Assembly: GCF_009914755.1 (NCBI RefSeq)
Contig: NC_060947.1
DNA length: 64,000 nt
Strand: one strand, 5' to 3'
DNA from: the human T2T-CHM13v2.0 reference genome, Homo sapiens
The translations under genes and the position numbers were made by a program. Below are positions 59,700 through 64,000 of the stretch, piece after piece (position 1 is the stretch's first letter; every line of letters starts with the position of its first letter). A model generated the notes under the pieces. The model searched no databases. It was not told the DNA's origin and saw nothing but the letters and a program-made list of their open reading frames with translations.

Positions 59700-61905
59700 T
59701 AGCAAATTATGTATATTGATTTACACATTTGTTTTCTGTTTTCCATTTTATTATGAGGATCGTTTAAAATTAGTTAATAGAGATTTTGCTCTTTAGTTTA
59801 CACAGGTGCATAGTACTCCCTTGTGTTCTGTTACATATAATGTTTTAAAGCAAATTAACCAGTCTTCTATCAAAGGATATTTGTTTTTTTCCAATATTTT
59901 GCCATTATAAATTATTTCACTTTGAGGGTTCTTGTGAATAAGTGATTGTGAATATTTGTCAGTGTATCTTTGGGATAAATTCTTAGAATTGGGACTGGTG
60001 TGTCATTTATAATTCTAAATACTGCTAAATCATTCTTTAGATGCAATGGCATAATTATGTTTTTCCATCAACTACGCATGTGTGTGCCTATTTTCCTATA
60101 TTCCTACCAATCTTTCTAAATATGCTGCCAAATACTAGGCTTTTGCTAATATATGTGAGAAATAGTATTTCAATATAGTTATAATTTGCATTTACCTTAT
60201 TATGTATAAAATTGAGCATGATTTTATGTGTTTCAGGGCGATTTTTTTCTCCTTATGGGAACTACCTGTTCATAGTTTTGACTTATTTTTCTATTATGTT
60301 GTTGGTCTGTCCTTATTAGGATTTATTTATTAGGGATATATTACACACTTTGTGATATAATGTGTATTTTTATATTTTTATTTGTATTGTTGTTTTGTTT
60401 ATGGCACTTTTCATTGCTGATAATAAGTTTTTTCTTATTCCCAGGTTATATTGGAATACATCTATATTTACTTTTGTACTTGTATGGTTACACTATTTTC
60501 ACATTTAAATTTCTGACCAATTTGGAATTGGATTAAGTAATATATTGATCCGATTTTTTTTGACGAAGTACTTACACAGTCATCCAAATATTTACTTTTA
60601 AAGTCCATCTTTCTCCCATTGACTTGATATGCCCCATTCTCTCTTAAGTTGGCCTCTCAGTATCTTTCTCTCTTTCTATCAATATATCCATATATGTCAT
60701 ATATACATGAACACACACTGCTAGTCTGCTTTTGGACTCTATATGCTCCATTTTCTGCCTATTAATACCAATATAGTATACTGCCTTAATTATAGAGTAT
60801 TCATATGTTTTATTACCTGGTAGGGTTAACAACTCTCCAACACTCCTTTCCCTCTGCACCTACATTGTACTTCTGTATTTTTTTTATATCCTTGCTTATT
60901 TATTCTCATACGTATTTTATAATGAACACTTCTAGCTCTTTAATATTTTAGTATTTTTATTAGGCTCTCATCACATTTATAAATTAAATTGAAAATTTTT
61001 ATTAAAGTAAAAAACACATAATGTAAAACTTACCATCTTAATCAGATTTAGGTGTACAGTATTAGAATGTTAACTATATGCAGACTGATGTGTTACAGAT
61101 CTCTAGAACTTTTTCATTTTGCAAAACTGAATGTTTATATCCATTGAGCAACAACTCCCCTTTCCCTGTTCTCCAAGTCCCTGGCAACCACTATTTTACT
61201 TTCTGTTTCTAAGGGTTTGGCTACTTTAGATACCTCATATAAGTGGAATAATGCAATATTTGTCTGAATTTAAAATTTTGTGATGTTAAGACTACCTGAC
61301 CAACCATATGGTAAGTCTTTTCATTTGTTCATCCACTTCTTTTCCATCTTTCATGTGTGTTTTATGGTTTCCTCATGATAGTTTTGAACATAACTCTCAA
61401 TTTTTCAAAAGATATTTCATTTTGTTGCTAGTATAAAGAAGTTACCTTCTATTACTAGTATTCTGAGTGTCTTATCATAAAATAATGCTGCATTTTGTCA
61501 AATGCATTTTTATGCATCAATTGAGGTTATTATTTTTCCTTTATTCTATAAGTGCAGTGTAATACATTGATTATAATATGTTGAAGTTCCCTTGCATTCC
61601 TGGGTAAATTTCATTTGTTCATGATGAATACTCATCTTAATATACTTTTGGATTGCATTTGCTGGTATTTTGTTGACTTTTGCATCTGCGTTAACTGGAG
61701 ATGACCGGGCTGTTGTTTTCATGAGGAGTCTTTGTCTGGCTTTGTTATAAAGGTAATTCTATCCTTACATAATAAGTTAGGATGTGTTCTTTACTCATAC
61801 TTTTTGTGAGAGTTTGAGATGACTTGGTCCTGGGCTTTCCTTTGTTGGAAAATTTTTGATTATTAAACGATTTATGGTACTTGGTACAGATTTCTTCAGA
61901 TTATT
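59700..61905 (-). mobile_element. Decayed L1ME/MC fragments with an L1MB-type 3' tip at ~60995-61265
   Basis: Antisense ORF2 landmarks (CCTTGCATTCCTGGGTAAAT, GTCTGGCTTTGTTATAAAGGTAAT); GATCTCTAGAACTTTTTCATTTTGCAAAACTGAA. Confidence 0.6.
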
Positions 61906-61908
61906 CTA

Positions 61909-62430
<522 letters not shown>

Positions 62431-62439
62431 TCAAAAGCG

Positions 62440-62915
62440 TGGAAACTCTTCACAATTTGGCCTCAACCTAACTGTCTAACATTATATCTTTCAAATTATT
62501 ATCACTGTCCTTAGTTTTTACCACATTTTCTGTAACATATATCTACTGTATCTACTCTCCAGCCACAATTTTTTAAGAACACAGCATGTCACTATAGTAG
62601 TGCAGGGTCTTTATCTAGTATGATCTCTCCGTTGTATTCCTATATATCTAGTTTTGAAAATGCAGGTAAGACTTCATTGATGAAGCCATCATTCATTTGC
62701 TCACTCAGGTTTCTAGCTGTGAACTCCTATGGCAAATTGTATAAAAACTTTTCCAAAATAAAATGTATTGATTGCATTATGATATTTATATGACTCTCTC
62801 TTTACCTTCTGCTATTCCAACTTGGAACTCCTAAAGGCAAGTATTATGTCTTATTTCCCTAAATTCGTATTTTTAAAGTTACTTGAATGCATAAATGAAT
62901 GCATTAATTAATTGT
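62440..62915 (+). mobile_element. L2 3' remnant
   Basis: AACTCCTAAAGGCAAGTATTATGTCTTATT...TGAATGCATAAATGAATG tail. Confidence 0.5.
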
Positions 62916-63619
62916 TTGACCAATGGCAGTAAATAATGACAAAGATTCATAAATTAATCTACCATTGTATCTGACAGGTGTTGTTGGACTATTAAGATGT
63001 GCTACAACAATCAGTATGAGTTTATTTTCCTTTTCTTAATTTGGCTGCTATTGTCTCACATTGGATTAAGCAGTCACTTTTAGTAAAAAATGTTTCACTA
63101 TATTGCAGCAGCATAGTAAGAATTTCCTGTATTTGTGTTGAAATGGTATATGTGTGGGGGGCGGTTCTTAAATGATACAGAGTTATTATCGTAAACAGAA
63201 AGATATACTGCTATACTTAAAAATATGTTACTAAAAATATTTTGAAGACATAGATCCACATGATACATTGAGAAATGATAAATGCATGTGGAACACAGTT
63301 AATTCAACTGAGAGCAACTTTAAAATAATTAATCTCTTCACTTATATCTCATGAATCTTCTGAGACACATAGTTTCCAGAAATGCATCTTAAAAATGCCT
63401 TTTTCTTCCTCTCCTATACACTTTTATCACATCTTAGCTACTCCCACACTTATTATCTCTCAACTCCCCCACTCTATGAAATATCCTCTAGCCTTAAGCT
63501 TTAAATACCAGTTATATTTTTCTTTATTCCTGATTCTCAATTTCTAAAGCCTAAAAATCTATTTGGCAAAGCTAGACTTTCCTTTAGGGGTGATAAATGT
63601 AAGAAAAAAAAGAGACTTT

Positions 63620-63800
63620 TTTTTAATAGTTGGAGGAAAAAAGCTGTGAATAATCAAAAAGTAATTTTTTAACTTTCTGTATTATGAATTTATTGTGTGA
63701 CCTTAAGTAGTCACATAACCTCTCATTTTGTCATGTTCTTACTCAAATTCTACATGTAAATGTAAAATGAAAAAAATCTTGAAAAAATTTAAAGCTTCTG
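63620..63800 (+). mobile_element. MIR SINE
   Basis: TGTGTGACCTTAAGTAGTCACATAACCTCTC...TGTAAAATGA. Confidence 0.5.
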
Positions 63801-64000
63801 TACAAATCCAAGTTGGTTTTATTTTATACAGAATGATACAGGTTAAAAAAACAAATATTTTAATAACTTTTTATATAAAATAGTTTCAGTCTTTACTGAA
63901 CAGAAATATTGTCATGGTGAATTTTTCATATAATGTTTGGTTTGGACATTTTCTTCTCCAAAATATTAAAAGTTATCCTTAAAATGTTGATTAATTTATT

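Overview
AT-rich, gene-free-looking primate genomic DNA made almost entirely of nested transposable elements. It holds many LINE-1 copies of different ages (L1ME/MC/MA/PB/PA), six Alus, MIR, L2, MaLR/ERVL LTRs, MER DNA transposons and microsatellites. It is probably from a great ape, because the youngest L1 carries the 129-bp 5'UTR deletion of late L1PA3/L1PA2. All long ORFs in the track are decayed L1 ORF1/ORF2, MaLR-internal or Alu-derived, and I find no host protein-coding exon, RNA gene or new enzymatic system. The most interesting signals are mechanistic scars. (1) A full-length L1PA2/3 (38216-44242) whose target-site duplication encloses an extra ~1.17 kb of L1PB+Alu DNA, i.e. a likely 3' transduction. 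(2) An ATG-initiated ORF0 in that element that stays open for 175 codons and runs into flanking DNA. (3) A ~220-bp near-identical segment copied 5.8 kb away into an old L1. (4) Two twin-priming inversions. (5) A probable ancient ~80-bp transduction behind an L1MA. Subfamily names come from recalled consensus motifs and need RepeatMasker/Dfam confirmation. Boundaries of old elements are approximate.
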